Positions 49,185 through 58,921 of a stretch of 64,000 bases of DNA are shown in pieces. The DNA is taken from the sequence record MT713136.1. One strand, 5' to 3'. The translations under genes were made by a program, and so were the position numbers. The first letter of the stretch is position 1. Every line of letters starts with the position of its first letter. The notes under the pieces are model-generated. The model saw nothing but the letters and a program-made list of their open reading frames with translations. It searched no databases and was not told the DNA's origin.

Positions 49185-49712
49185 ATGTTGAAAACTAAAG
49201 AATTGTTCGAAACCCTGACCCGGTTTGATGAACAAATGGCACAAAGCCGAAATCAAAAGGTCGAACTTACTAAAGATCAGGAATTCGAACTTAGCAAACA
49301 ATCAAAGCTACCTGTTTCTATGCGGGTTGGTGCGTTTAAGGTTCAAAGTTCTGTTCATGCTCAAGCTCGCGCACACCAGCGAGCCGCTGCTAAAACGGCG
49401 GAAGAGTGGAAAGATTTTGCTCGAAAGATGGTAAAACACGTAGAAGCAAACAAGATTAAGAATGGTACTTATATGTTCCATTCCCAATCGGAAAACCGCT
49501 CTGTAGTTGGTTCTGTAAAGGGTCGAGAAATCAATATAGTAACTGTGTTCCCAAAAGGAACTGGTGGTAAAATTTCTCATAAACAACAAGCTGCTGGACA
49601 AAAAAGCGCAATGATGGAATCGCTCGTTGAATCTCTTATGATACAAGACGAATTTGAGTCTATGCTAAATGAAGCCAAGAATATCATTGGTTCTGATAAC
49701 GGTCACTCATGA
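49185..49712 (+). CDS. hypothetical protein, candidate internal head protein; C-terminus possibly truncated
   Basis: CTAAATA upstream, MLKTKELFE start, several LxE sites. Confidence 0.6.
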   Translation: MLKTKELFETLTRFDEQMAQSRNQKVELTKDQEFELSKQSKLPVSMRVGAFKVQSSVHAQARAHQRAAAKTAEEWKDFARKMVKHVEANKIKNGTYMFHSQSENRSVVGSVKGREINIVTVFPKGTGGKISHKQQAAGQKSAMMESLVESLMIQDEFESMLNEAKNIIGSDNGHS

Positions 49713-49853
49713 CACATTTCATCGGGGTATCAATATTGTAAATCTCATCAACTATTGGCTTGTACTGTTCCAGATCAAATCCAAGTTGTTTATAAAAATC
49801 CTTTTTCCAATCTTCTTTGGATTTATCGTCTTTCCATACAAAATATTTTACTT

Positions 49854-50135
49854 TCATTTGAAAAGTTTCTCCACTTCATCCTTCGATAATTCCACCAAAA
49901 AATTCTCGATGTCGTCGGTCGTGAAGATTGATACGCCATAATCGTAATCAATCCCATCGATTTTCATTACATGGTTTCGACCTTGGTAGGTATCACATCC
50001 ACAAACAAGAACCTCAAGATTCATCACGTCGTTGGAGATTGCAACTAGCTTTTGATAACCACTAGCGGAAATAGACCATTTGTCTTTCGACGATTCATCC
50101 TTCCAACGATACACACGCAATACATGATTACTCAT
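49854..50135 (-). CDS. hypothetical protein
   Basis: ORF. Confidence 0.65.
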   Translation of the reverse strand: MSNHVLRVYRWKDESSKDKWSISASGYQKLVAISNDVMNLEVLVCGCDTYQGRNHVMKIDGIDYDYGVSIFTTDDIENFLVELSKDEVEKLFK

Positions 50136-50146
50136 ATCAATAAACC

Positions 50147-50401
50147 TTATTCAAACCGGATGGTGGAATTTTTAAAGAGCAAACCAGAACAGACAGCACC
50201 GTTTACAACCTGACCAGATGCTTGATTTACTGCGGTAAACTTGGTTGCAAAGGTGTCTTTTTCACTACAGCTAAACCAAGCATAACCACCCACATGAACG
50301 TTTGTATATCCGTTTTGGGTCAATACACGACGGGCTCCGTCTGCATCAGTACAGGCAGATAAGGACAGTACAGCAAGGATTGCGATAATCATCTTTTTCA
50401 T
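50147..50401 (-). CDS. lipoprotein
   Basis: Signal peptide with LSAC lipobox. Confidence 0.8.
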   Translation of the reverse strand: MKKMIIAILAVLSLSACTDADGARRVLTQNGYTNVHVGGYAWFSCSEKDTFATKFTAVNQASGQVVNGAVCSGLLFKNSTIRFE

Positions 50402-50537
50402 TTCTATTTCTCCATTTGTTCAATTAAAATACTAAGTCCAGACACGGAATCTTCAAGAAGATCTACGTTTTCACTCTGGAATACATCTGAGTTTACTATA
50501 GCCAAGATACCAAGTAAAGTACCTATTACCAAATATT

Positions 50538-50888
50538 TCATTGTTCAACACCGGTAACCGATTCAAACTTACCTTCTGTGATGAGGAAGGTGATCTTATC
50601 AGAACAATGGTATACCATTTTTACTGGGGATTTTCCATTAATCTTGAATTCATATTCTACACGGACAACCCCGGAATTGAAAGGGGTTTCCACAATTTCG
50701 ATTTTCCCCAGATGTTCTTTACGAAGGTCTTTCAAGGTACGGACAATATCAAACTTCAATTCGTCCGGAATGGCCGCAACCGCATCATAAAAGTCCTGTT
50801 CCTGAACTTTTCGTATCTGGCTTTTGATTACGTTGATGAACTTTTCGATTGATTTGTTGTTTACGTTATCGATACGAGATTGTTTCAT
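50538..50888 (-). CDS. hypothetical protein
   Basis: GGAG SD. Confidence 0.7.
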   Translation of the reverse strand: MKQSRIDNVNNKSIEKFINVIKSQIRKVQEQDFYDAVAAIPDELKFDIVRTLKDLRKEHLGKIEIVETPFNSGVVRVEYEFKINGKSPVKMVYHCSDKITFLITEGKFESVTGVEQ

Positions 50889-50890
50889 TT

Positions 50891-51121
50891 TTAGCTCCTA
50901 GATTTAAATGTAAACATCACAGAAACATGTGGACTTCTATCGTGGGTTGGGACCATCGACCAACATAATACATCATAACCTTTTGCCGATGCAATAGGGT
51001 ATAGATCATTCAGTAAAGATTCCACCGAACTCTCGAATGCTCGATATTCGTATTTTTTCAGAGACTCAAACTCTCTTGACAATTGAACAAATGATTTTAC
51101 AACAAATTTACCAGTCCACAT
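50891..51121 (-). CDS. hypothetical protein
   Basis: ORF. Confidence 0.65.
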   Translation of the reverse strand: MWTGKFVVKSFVQLSREFESLKKYEYRAFESSVESLLNDLYPIASAKGYDVLCWSMVPTHDRSPHVSVMFTFKSRS

Positions 51122-51123
51122 AA

Positions 51124-51414
51124 TTAAACCCTCTCCAACATTGGAAGAATGAGAGTGTGTAACATATCCATATAAGTCTGATAGTAGATGTCTTTATGGA
51201 TCTCTTTTAGATATTCCATGGTGTCCCGCCCGTTGAAAGACCAGCTAACAACCGCAGCATTATCAATCTCTCTCAACGGGTTTCCGTTGAAATTAACAAC
51301 GATGAAATTCTCACTTCGTGGGATCTCGATGAGCCATTCGTTTTTCCCAGCCAACGATTTACCTTTTGAAACCACAACTTTTCGTACATCTTCATTGATA
51401 AATTGGATTTTCAT
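51124..51414 (-). CDS. hypothetical protein
   Basis: GAGG SD. Confidence 0.7.
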   Translation of the reverse strand: MKIQFINEDVRKVVVSKGKSLAGKNEWLIEIPRSENFIVVNFNGNPLREIDNAAVVSWSFNGRDTMEYLKEIHKDIYYQTYMDMLHTLILPMLERV

Positions 51415-51492
51415 AAAACACCTCTCGTTTGAGAATCCATAGTACCAGAAACAAAAATGGAGTCAAGCGATTTCTCGCAAGACTCCATAAAA

Positions 51493-51765
51493 TTATTTCT
51501 TGGCTTTCATTACTGCATCAACAACATCTTTGTTTTGACCCATAGCAAACATAACAGCCGCTTTACCGATTGCGGTTTTCTTTGCAATTTGTTCCCCTGA
51601 CCATTTAGCCTTAGCTTCGAAAGAACCGAACTTTAGTTCGTGATGTTCAATCCAAGTATTAAAAAACTTTGCAATGGAGTTTTTGAATTCGGAACTGATC
51701 AAATCTTTAGATTCTGCAATCATAGATTCGTCGAGACGGTTATCCAGTTCATTAAACTTTTTCAT
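51493..51765 (-). CDS. candidate internal head protein
   Basis: MKKFNEL...LDESMIAE start resembles the T4 capsid-targeting sequence. Confidence 0.55.
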   Translation of the reverse strand: MKKFNELDNRLDESMIAESKDLISSEFKNSIAKFFNTWIEHHELKFGSFEAKAKWSGEQIAKKTAIGKAAVMFAMGQNKDVVDAVMKAKK

Positions 51766-51773
51766 TTTGTTCC

Positions 51774-52106
51774 TTATTTCTTGAGCATACCGGTAAGTTT
51801 ACCGTGTGCGATGTTAAAACTTTGTTGTGTGTCAGACTGAGACCGTTTCCAAGTAATCTTACCAAAATCCTCAATAGGGCTGATGTTAACCTTGGTAATA
51901 TCTACGTTTTCTTTTACCCAACGCTTCCATTCACCCATTTGGACTTCATAGAAACGTTTTGCCTCACGCATACCAGCAGTATTCATTTTTGCTTGAACAC
52001 TGTTCAGAATAGAAATGTATTGGTTTACAATCCGGTTGTAATCCTTGGATGTTTTCATTTGAAACGATTCATCGATTCGTTCGAAAAATTCTTTATTCTT
52101 TAACAT
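51774..52106 (-). CDS. hypothetical protein
   Basis: Likely start MLKNKEF. Confidence 0.65.
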   Translation of the reverse strand: MLKNKEFFERIDESFQMKTSKDYNRIVNQYISILNSVQAKMNTAGMREAKRFYEVQMGEWKRWVKENVDITKVNISPIEDFGKITWKRSQSDTQQSFNIAHGKLTGMLKK

Positions 52107-52107
52107 T

Positions 52108-52309
52108 TTAGTAATCCTTCCCATACCCATAGTTTCTAGCGGCAATTGTATCATATAGATCCACATGATGGAACTCTTTTAGTTTCAGCGGAACCACAAT
52201 TAACACGAACTATCATATCCGACAAACTTGACATACAGGGTTCACCAGATTCATAAACCCCATATTCCCCAGTGAAAGTGATGATGTCGTTACCGTCTTT
52301 GATTTTCAT
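52108..52309 (-). pseudogene. hypothetical protein with apparent +1 frameshift in a homopolymer
   Basis: Removing one base of the T4 run at 52177-52180 gives a 66-aa ORF abutting the next start. Confidence 0.5.
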
Positions 52310-52311
52310 GA

Positions 52312-52713
52312 TTAACCCCTTTGAACTTTAGCAACGTTTTTCTTGAACTCTTCAACATTCTTTTCCATCAACTCAACAAAAGCAACCGGTGCCTTGCGAG
52401 CTTTAGCAGCATCAAGCTGGTCTTCCAGATCAAACAGCTCACGAGTGACGTAGAGTTGAGCAATTGTCAGGGTGTATTTGTCGGCCTGTTCGTCAGTCAT
52501 ATCAGCAACAACACCATAGTTCCGACCATTGGCTATATCAACACCGTGCTCAGGACGGAAGTGGTTACCGAGCATTGCACCAGTCTCTGGATGACATAGG
52601 GTCATTTGCTTCTTACCACATGATTTCACAACAGCTCGGGACCAAGAGAAGGTGCCTTTACCGTCTACGCTTGCAACCTGAATAACAACCTGACCTTTGG
52701 TGAATGCTTTCAT
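52312..52713 (-). CDS. hypothetical protein
   Basis: SD, early promoter upstream. Confidence 0.75.
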   Translation of the reverse strand: MKAFTKGQVVIQVASVDGKGTFSWSRAVVKSCGKKQMTLCHPETGAMLGNHFRPEHGVDIANGRNYGVVADMTDEQADKYTLTIAQLYVTRELFDLEDQLDAAKARKAPVAFVELMEKNVEEFKKNVAKVQRG

Positions 52714-52793
52714 GATTTTTCCCTTTCCGTCTCTCGTTTCGATATAGATATAATAGTCGAAAAGGGCCTACCGAAGCAAGCCCTTTTTATCAT

Positions 52794-53024
52794 TTATTTG
52801 AAAATAAATTCCACGATATCGTATTGTTCTGGATCGATTTGGACAAACAGATTGTCGTTGACACCATCCAACGTATCTTGAATTTTATGTGAGGTGGTTT
52901 CGGTGTAGACAAAAGCAACTGCATGATCTCCAATTGCTTCATCATCTACCAAATAAACAGCTTCACCACACACCTCTACCATAGCAACTTTACCAGTATA
53001 TTTGTTTTTCAGTGCATAGAACAT
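52794..53024 (-). CDS. hypothetical protein
   Basis: ORF with SD. Confidence 0.7.
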   Translation of the reverse strand: MFYALKNKYTGKVAMVEVCGEAVYLVDDEAIGDHAVAFVYTETTSHKIQDTLDGVNDNLFVQIDPEQYDIVEFIFK

Positions 53025-53027
53025 ATT

Positions 53028-53252
53028 TTATCCTTGGTTGAAAGTAACAACAATTTCCATCTCATGTAACGCCTTACCATACAGCTCGATAGCGTTATAA
53101 CCGGTTGGGTCAAAATGTACTAACCCTTCAACGTCAAAATGATTACCGAAGAAAACAAATTCTACTTTTGCATTTGGATCTCGTTCTTGGAGAATCTTAA
53201 TCAAATCACAATTTTTCAAACTTAATTTCTCCCACCAGAGATTCAGAAACAC
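53028..53252 (-). CDS. hypothetical protein
   Basis: ORF; true start probably near 53219. Confidence 0.55.
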   Translation of the reverse strand: MFLNLWWEKLSLKNCDLIKILQERDPNAKVEFVFFGNHFDVEGLVHFDPTGYNAIELYGKALHEMEIVVTFNQG

Positions 53253-53436
53253 GGTCGTAAATCATAATTGTTTTTGCGTTGTATGGGCTATCGAGAGAAT
53301 CCACTAGTTTCAACCAGCAAGGAAAATCAGTTTCTTCATAATAGGTATAACTCTCTTCCCATGGACCGATAGTAGCAACAAAATCGCCACGGGTTTCGAA
53401 CCAAACATATCCCAGAGCTTCCATAATCTTTTTCAT
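53206..53436 (-). CDS. hypothetical protein
   Basis: ORF with SD. Confidence 0.65.
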   Translation of the reverse strand: MKKIMEALGYVWFETRGDFVATIGPWEESYTYYEETDFPCWLKLVDSLDSPYNAKTIMIYDRVSESLVGEIKFEKL

Positions 53437-53439
53437 ATC

Positions 53440-53721
53440 TTATTCCTCAAACAGCCAGTTGCGAACGTGGTCACGCATAACCCCGTACATGTATTTTGTC
53501 ATTTCATCAGCAGCGATATCATCACCACAAGCATCATAATCAATAACCCGACCGAAGAAGTTGCGGAGCGCAATACATTGAGAATTGCACAACTCTTGTC
53601 CTTCCATCATATCGCGAAATGCGCGAGACTCAGGGGAAATTGTCAGAGCGATACGACTGTCGTGATAAGCCTTGATGCGGTTGATTAGTTCGGCTTGGTG
53701 GTCGGTAAAAAGAATTTTCAT
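53440..53721 (-). CDS. hypothetical protein
   Basis: GAGG SD, promoter upstream. Confidence 0.7.
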   Translation of the reverse strand: MKILFTDHQAELINRIKAYHDSRIALTISPESRAFRDMMEGQELCNSQCIALRNFFGRVIDYDACGDDIAADEMTKYMYGVMRDHVRNWLFEE

Positions 53722-53775
53722 TTCAATTTCCTCATCAGTGGGTACATAGGTATATTACCAGAACAGGCTATAGAG

Positions 53776-54015
53776 TCAAAGACTTTTTGAAATTATTTTA
53801 GCCATCAGACAAGTAAGGATGTTTGTCATACCAACCCAAAACAATACAACCGGATCTGCCCCATATTTCAGGGTAATCATGGTGGTACAGACTACTAGCA
53901 CGATAGTAAAGACCATGAGGATACAAGATAGAATCACATCACGATTTATCTTTTCCCCTAGCTGAACAATGAAGTATATCGGAGCATAACAAGATAATGC
54001 TACCAAAGAAATCAT
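53776..54015 (-). CDS. membrane protein
   Basis: Hydrophobic; likely start MISLVAL. Confidence 0.6.
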   Translation of the reverse strand: MISLVALSCYAPIYFIVQLGEKINRDVILSCILMVFTIVLVVCTTMITLKYGADPVVLFWVGMTNILTCLMAKIISKSL

Positions 54016-54016
54016 A

Positions 54017-54403
54017 TCAAACCCCCGGCTTATTTTTGCGATGGTTTTCCAGAGCTTCAATCAACTCCTTCTCTTCCTTCTCCCAATTTGCCAACAACAA
54101 AGCTTTCTTTTCTTCCATCTCCTTTTCTTTCTTCTTCAAGTTGGCAACTATCAAGTCTTTCTTTTCTTCGTCTGTGAGGTTTTCAACTTGGACAAGATAT
54201 TCTTTTACCATATCTTCTGTGTAGAAGCACCAACACCAAGGATATGAGTCGATGTTATATTCAGTTCCACTATCCATGATGATGGATATGATACCGGGTC
54301 CGTCCGTCTCTGTTACCGTGAAAGAAGAACCCAAAACCAGTTCGGGAAATTCTTTGTGGAAATCCTCAAAATCTTTTTTTACAGTATAACGTTTGTTCAG
54401 CAT
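54017..54403 (-). CDS. hypothetical protein with C-terminal coiled coil
   Basis: AGGAG SD. Confidence 0.7.
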   Translation of the reverse strand: MLNKRYTVKKDFEDFHKEFPELVLGSSFTVTETDGPGIISIIMDSGTEYNIDSYPWCWCFYTEDMVKEYLVQVENLTDEEKKDLIVANLKKKEKEMEEKKALLLANWEKEEKELIEALENHRKNKPGV

Positions 54404-54412
54404 AATAACTCC

Positions 54413-54538
54413 TTAACCGTTCAACATAGGGATGATAACGAAAAGAACAACACCAACAATACCAGCACAGATCAAAGTCTCTTTGTGCTTGGTGATTTGG
54501 AACTTAGCGCGTTTCATAGCAAATTCAAAGTTGGTCAT
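54413..54538 (-). CDS. small membrane protein
   Basis: MTNFEFAMKRAKFQ...AGIVGVVLFVIIPMLNG*. Confidence 0.55.
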   Translation of the reverse strand: MTNFEFAMKRAKFQITKHKETLICAGIVGVVLFVIIPMLNG

Positions 54539-54682
54539 GTCATTCCTTAGATAGATACTTTGGGGATAAAATCGTAATCCGCCCCACCATGGTATACATA
54601 GAGTATACCAGAACCATCCTCAAACTTGCAATAGGTTCCGTCAAGTTTAGTATTGCCCCTTTATCGTTTTGAGGTATTATAA

Positions 54683-55450
54683 ATGAAATTTTATTCTAAA
54701 GGTTCGTCTGTCACCTTGAGTTCAGAAATTACCACAGAAGGTGCAACCTATGTGTGGAAAAAGGGATCTACCGTCATTTCCGGTAAAACAGAAAAAGACC
54801 TTATTCTTAGTTCTTTCGGTGCTTCTGATGTTGCCACTTATACAGTAACTGCAACGGTAGATACTACCGACACAGACACTGTTTTTGAAATCGGTATGGC
54901 TGAATTGGACCTTACACCACAACCACTACAGACCATTACCCTTGAGGAAGGTGATAGTTTTTCGTCTACTATGACAGCAGTCGTTAAATTTACCCCTGAT
55001 ACCGCTGGTGATAACAAGTCTGATTTTACGATCAAATATCAATGGAAGAAAGGACCCATTAACGTATCCGGTGCAACTTCTGCGGTATTAACAAAAAGCA
55101 ACGTCGTTGTTGCGGACTCTGGTAATTATCTGGTCGAAACGACTCTTATGGATAAAACTACTTCTGGGCAAATGATTTCGACTAGAATGGTTGACCTAAC
55201 CGTTATTACGAAGGTTCTTGAGTCTTTATGGAAAGTTATCCCTCTTGAGTATAGAGGAACTAGCTTTACTTGGATTGGGTACTGGGTTATTGACGAAATA
55301 AAGAAAAATCCATCATGGTTTACAGACTATAGTTCTTTGAAATATAAAGACGAAATAGAAACCATAGTTAAAGCGTTTGATGAATATGGGGAAGTTGAGC
55401 TTCAAGAATCCAGAAATGGGCGGATTCTAAAGGTTAGTGACTTAAAATAA
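54683..55450 (+). CDS. hoc: Hoc head outer capsid protein (Ig-like domains)
   Basis: Two Ig folds (YxWKKG, DSGNY); C-terminal WIGYWVIDEI...ELQESRNG like T4 Hoc. Confidence 0.88.
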   Translation: MKFYSKGSSVTLSSEITTEGATYVWKKGSTVISGKTEKDLILSSFGASDVATYTVTATVDTTDTDTVFEIGMAELDLTPQPLQTITLEEGDSFSSTMTAVVKFTPDTAGDNKSDFTIKYQWKKGPINVSGATSAVLTKSNVVVADSGNYLVETTLMDKTTSGQMISTRMVDLTVITKVLESLWKVIPLEYRGTSFTWIGYWVIDEIKKNPSWFTDYSSLKYKDEIETIVKAFDEYGEVELQESRNGRILKVSDLK

Positions 55451-55473
55451 AAAGAGCCTTCGGGCTCTTTTTC
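55448..55473 (+). terminator. rho-independent terminator
   Basis: AAGAGCC-TTCG-GGCTCTTTTT. Confidence 0.85.
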
Positions 55474-55514
55474 ATTTCTTAATCTCTAAATATGTTATAT
55501 TAAGGAGAGTTGAA

Positions 55515-55931
55515 ATGAAATACAAACACAGTAAAGGTATAGATAGACAAAATATGCCTCAAATCGCTGCCGAGAACGTCCCCGGATTTTTGGATTGGTG
55601 TACAACAAACGGAGTTGGGTTCATTAAGGAAAGGGTTAAAGTAAAGACTTTACTTCCTACTCAATCAGAGTATAATGAAGAAAAAGTGGAAAAGATGAGA
55701 AGTGCACCATATAGTGTGTTATCAAAACCTATTGTTGTTTCTGATGATAACTACATTCTAGACGGACACCATCGGTATAGTGCATTGTTAGCCAATGATG
55801 GTGATAACCTGATTGAAATATATCGGGTTCGTTGTGATATTGTGGATCTATTGATTGCTGCTCATAAGTTTCCATTAACATTTTATAAAGGGCTCAAAGA
55901 GAGTCGTAAAAAGTTTTCTGATTTTATCTGA
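55515..55931 (+). CDS. ParB/Srx-like domain protein
   Basis: LLPTQ, PIVVS.DNYILDGHHRY. Confidence 0.75.
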   Translation: MKYKHSKGIDRQNMPQIAAENVPGFLDWCTTNGVGFIKERVKVKTLLPTQSEYNEEKVEKMRSAPYSVLSKPIVVSDDNYILDGHHRYSALLANDGDNLIEIYRVRCDIVDLLIAAHKFPLTFYKGLKESRKKFSDFI

Positions 55932-55939
55932 GGTATGAT

Positions 55940-56515
55940 ATGTCTAGTTTGCATTTCCATCATTCAGCAATGAATGCGGGAAAGAGTTCTCATTTATTGC
56001 AAGTTGCTTATAATTATGAAGAAAGAGGAATGGGAGTTTTAGTTTTAAAACCTTGCATTGATACTCGTGATGGGGAAATGGTTTCTTCACGATTGGGGGT
56101 TTCTCGTCCATCAATTATGTTTTCTGATAAGGAGAATTTAACTGATCTTTATTTGAGTTATAAGATCGGAAAGAAAATAGATTGTATTCTTATCGATGAA
56201 GCCCAATTTATGACGGTCGAACAAGTAAAGCAACTGGCTTTTATTGTTGATAACTACGATGTTCCTGTTATGTGTTATGGTCTTATGTCTGACTCCAATG
56301 GAGAGATGTTTGATGCAAGTCGTCAACTTGTGGTTATGGCTGAACAAATTGTGGAACATAAAACAATTTGTTGGTGTGGTTCTAAAGCAACGATGAACCT
56401 TCGCGTTGATGAGAACGGCAAAAAAGTTATTGGTGATCAAGTTTGTATTGGTGGGAACGATAGATATATTTCTGTTTGTCGTAAACACTGGGTTGCTGGT
56501 ATGAGTGGAAAATGA
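55940..56515 (+). CDS. tk: thymidine kinase
   Basis: AMNAGKS, SRLG, IDEAQF, YGL..D, CWCG, Y.SVCRKH. Confidence 0.95.
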   Translation: MSSLHFHHSAMNAGKSSHLLQVAYNYEERGMGVLVLKPCIDTRDGEMVSSRLGVSRPSIMFSDKENLTDLYLSYKIGKKIDCILIDEAQFMTVEQVKQLAFIVDNYDVPVMCYGLMSDSNGEMFDASRQLVVMAEQIVEHKTICWCGSKATMNLRVDENGKKVIGDQVCIGGNDRYISVCRKHWVAGMSGK

Positions 56516-56548
56516 AAAAGGGATCCCTATTTGGGATCCCTTTTTGTT
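56515..56548. terminator. bidirectional terminator
   Basis: AAAAAGGGATCCC...GGGATCCCTTTTT. Confidence 0.8.
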
Positions 56549-57048
56549 TATGCGAATGGATAACCTTTGTAAGTACCAGTCTCAATAACGTCTGTAACTC
56601 TCTTAGCACGATTTGGTGTCTGTCTCGCCCAAGCACTAGCAAGACCGTGCTTCTTTGCTTCTACCCAGTTCTTGGAGCGCATAGCGCGAAGCATCGACGG
56701 GAAGCCATTTACACCTTTAGCCCCCATCTGAAAAACCATATTTTCCAATGCGGTTTTTCTGACTTCATCTAATCCAACATATGTAGACCATAAATCGACA
56801 TACCCTTTCATAGAATTTCTAACTACTTCAAGATCTTTAGCAAAAAGTTGACTTTCTTCTGATTGAGTAATCTTACCGTCGGTAATAACCCTCCCAACAT
56901 GGGAACTTAACTCACGGTTAATTTCCCCCATATCTTTTGTACGAAGTTTCTTTATTAAATGACCAATACCGATAGTCGGATATCCTTCGGTATCCCAATA
57001 AACAGTAAGCTTCGAACCCTCGTCGAATTTAAGCATTTTTTCTAACAT
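56548..57048 (-). CDS. e: T4-type endolysin (GH24)
   Basis: DEG..L.VY.DTEGY.TIGIGH, NMVFQMG, W..QTPNRAKRV. Confidence 0.93.
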   Translation of the reverse strand: MLEKMLKFDEGSKLTVYWDTEGYPTIGIGHLIKKLRTKDMGEINRELSSHVGRVITDGKITQSEESQLFAKDLEVVRNSMKGYVDLWSTYVGLDEVRKTALENMVFQMGAKGVNGFPSMLRAMRSKNWVEAKKHGLASAWARQTPNRAKRVTDVIETGTYKGYPFA

Positions 57049-57066
57049 ATAATATTCTCTCTAAAA

Positions 57067-57279
57067 TTATGGACTCATTTTTGGACCATAATGGGAATAT
57101 TTCTCAACCCACAAAAATTCATGCATCAGACCAAACTTGTCTGTGGCTTCCCAGATATACCCATCGTCACGATTTGCGTTAACCTTGGTAAATTCTGGTT
57201 TCTTTGTGCATTTGAATGGACCAAAACGACCATCCCAAAACTCAGTCCCGATATCAATTTTTTCGATTATGTCTTTCAT
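57067..57279 (-). CDS. hypothetical protein
   Basis: ORF. Confidence 0.65.
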   Translation of the reverse strand: MKDIIEKIDIGTEFWDGRFGPFKCTKKPEFTKVNANRDDGYIWEATDKFGLMHEFLWVEKYSHYGPKMSP

Positions 57280-57722
57280 AGTTGCACCTCGTAATATGAC
57301 TGTATGACATCATTGACTGTTTCAATAGAACAAGACTTGATATTATCCTTGCTGGTATAGTATATCATTACTAAAACATCTTCACCTTGTATGTACATTT
57401 CAGATACAAAGAAATCATATACATCGTCATATCCATATTCGGTGATTTTCCCGGTTGACCCTACTTGTAGTCTATCTGTTATCACCCTGTTTACATCATG
57501 ACCGGGTGGTGTGTTTATCCCATGTTCGACATGTACGATATCATCACCATATTTTTCTTGAAACTCAGTACCAGACATATAGACGGGGTGGTTTCCGAAT
57601 GGATTAACTGTGATCTGGCGTCCATTGGTAACATGAACAAAAATTTGGATATCACCTTTCATATAGACTGTATAATAACCAAACGTCATTTTCTTGACAA
57701 AATCATTGAGCTTTGTATTCAT
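57276..57722 (-). CDS. hypothetical protein
   Basis: ORF. Confidence 0.7.
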   Translation of the reverse strand: MNTKLNDFVKKMTFGYYTVYMKGDIQIFVHVTNGRQITVNPFGNHPVYMSGTEFQEKYGDDIVHVEHGINTPPGHDVNRVITDRLQVGSTGKITEYGYDDVYDFFVSEMYIQGEDVLVMIYYTSKDNIKSCSIETVNDVIQSYYEVQL

Positions 57723-57731
57723 ATCCAGTTC

Positions 57732-57962
57732 TCACCGAGTAACAAAGTAATAGATACCATAATACCAAAGGATCTCGGTAATAGTACCAATCGGGTGTTG
57801 ATTGATCGTCAGTTTTCCATCACCAAACAGCTTGTTGTTGATTATCGCAATACGAAGAATTGGGGAATTCCAATAGAAGTATGTACCAATAACCATAAGT
57901 GCCAGAGAAAAACATTCCCAACCAGACAAAGTAAACAACCAAGTATTGATAGATTCGAACAT
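57732..57962 (-). CDS. membrane protein
   Basis: GAGG SD, hydrophobic. Confidence 0.65.
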   Translation of the reverse strand: MFESINTWLFTLSGWECFSLALMVIGTYFYWNSPILRIAIINNKLFGDGKLTINQHPIGTITEILWYYGIYYFVTR

Positions 57963-57972
57963 AATAATTTCC

Positions 57973-58356
57973 TCAGTTAAATTTGGCTACAACAGCCATA
58001 AAGTTTTCGACGTTTTCATTAAAGAACTTGATTACTGCATCACATGCTTCGAGTTGGGTTTTCTTCTTACGAAGTACCGGCTTACCAACACTACTCAAAA
58101 GGACTTTAAATTTTGTTTCATCTTCGTGCATGATGAATTGAATGATGCGACCGTTGAAATATTCGACACCAGATTCAACCTCTTTACCAGTTGCGATGAA
58201 TGCAACGGTAGTATCAGCTTGTCCAATACACCAGCTAGGATATGCTTGGATGTATGGGAGAAGAACAGGATCTACCTTAGAAAGGATATAATCCGCATTC
58301 TTTTGCATTTCTGCGATACGGGTGGCCTTGTTTACTTCATATTCGTTAGCAGTCAT
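57973..58356 (-). CDS. hypothetical protein
   Basis: GAGG SD, start MTANEY. Confidence 0.7.
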   Translation of the reverse strand: MTANEYEVNKATRIAEMQKNADYILSKVDPVLLPYIQAYPSWCIGQADTTVAFIATGKEVESGVEYFNGRIIQFIMHEDETKFKVLLSSVGKPVLRKKKTQLEACDAVIKFFNENVENFMAVVAKFN

Positions 58357-58522
58357 GGTTTTCTTCCTCTGGTTTCGATATGGATAATGTAATCTATTTT
58401 CAAAAAGCAACAATAAATTATTATTTTTCCTTACGAACTTCAAGCCAGACCAACAGACCAAATATTACTACAACACCAATCACGGTTTCAAGAACAAAAA
58501 CATTAAGAAATGTCATAAAATC

Positions 58523-58921
58523 TCACATATCCAAATAAATATTACTTGCTTTTTCTAGGTCTTCTTCACTGAAAAACCCATAAACAAGACCATCCAGCCC
58601 CATGGTGGATTCATCCCCCTCTCGTTCTTCCCATTCGTATTTTATTCCTGATAGTTCGAGATGAGTTTCAAACACAGAAGCTGAATTATTCCAGTAGTCA
58701 AACCACAATGTATACACCCCATATTCTCTTTTGTAAAGTTCAATATCGTCATCGGTAATGTATGATGAACTACATTTCGTCATATAGCAAGCACTTTCTT
58801 TGTTCATCTTAAAGATTCTAGCCGAACCAATTGATACATAAGGAATTTTATTCAGGTTGAGGAATGAGTCAACCCATTCCTCTTTACCTTCAACCTCAAG
58901 TTTAACAAGCCCGACGTTCAT
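58523..58921 (-). CDS. hypothetical protein
   Basis: Start MNVGLVK. Confidence 0.65.
   Translation of the reverse strand: MNVGLVKLEVEGKEEWVDSFLNLNKIPYVSIGSARIFKMNKESACYMTKCSSSYITDDDIELYKREYGVYTLWFDYWNNSASVFETHLELSGIKYEWEEREGDESTMGLDGLVYGFFSEEDLEKASNIYLDM

Noticed and set aside
56548-57048. Endolysin resembling the gp5 lysozyme domain
   Set aside because: Expected; both belong to the T4 lysozyme family.
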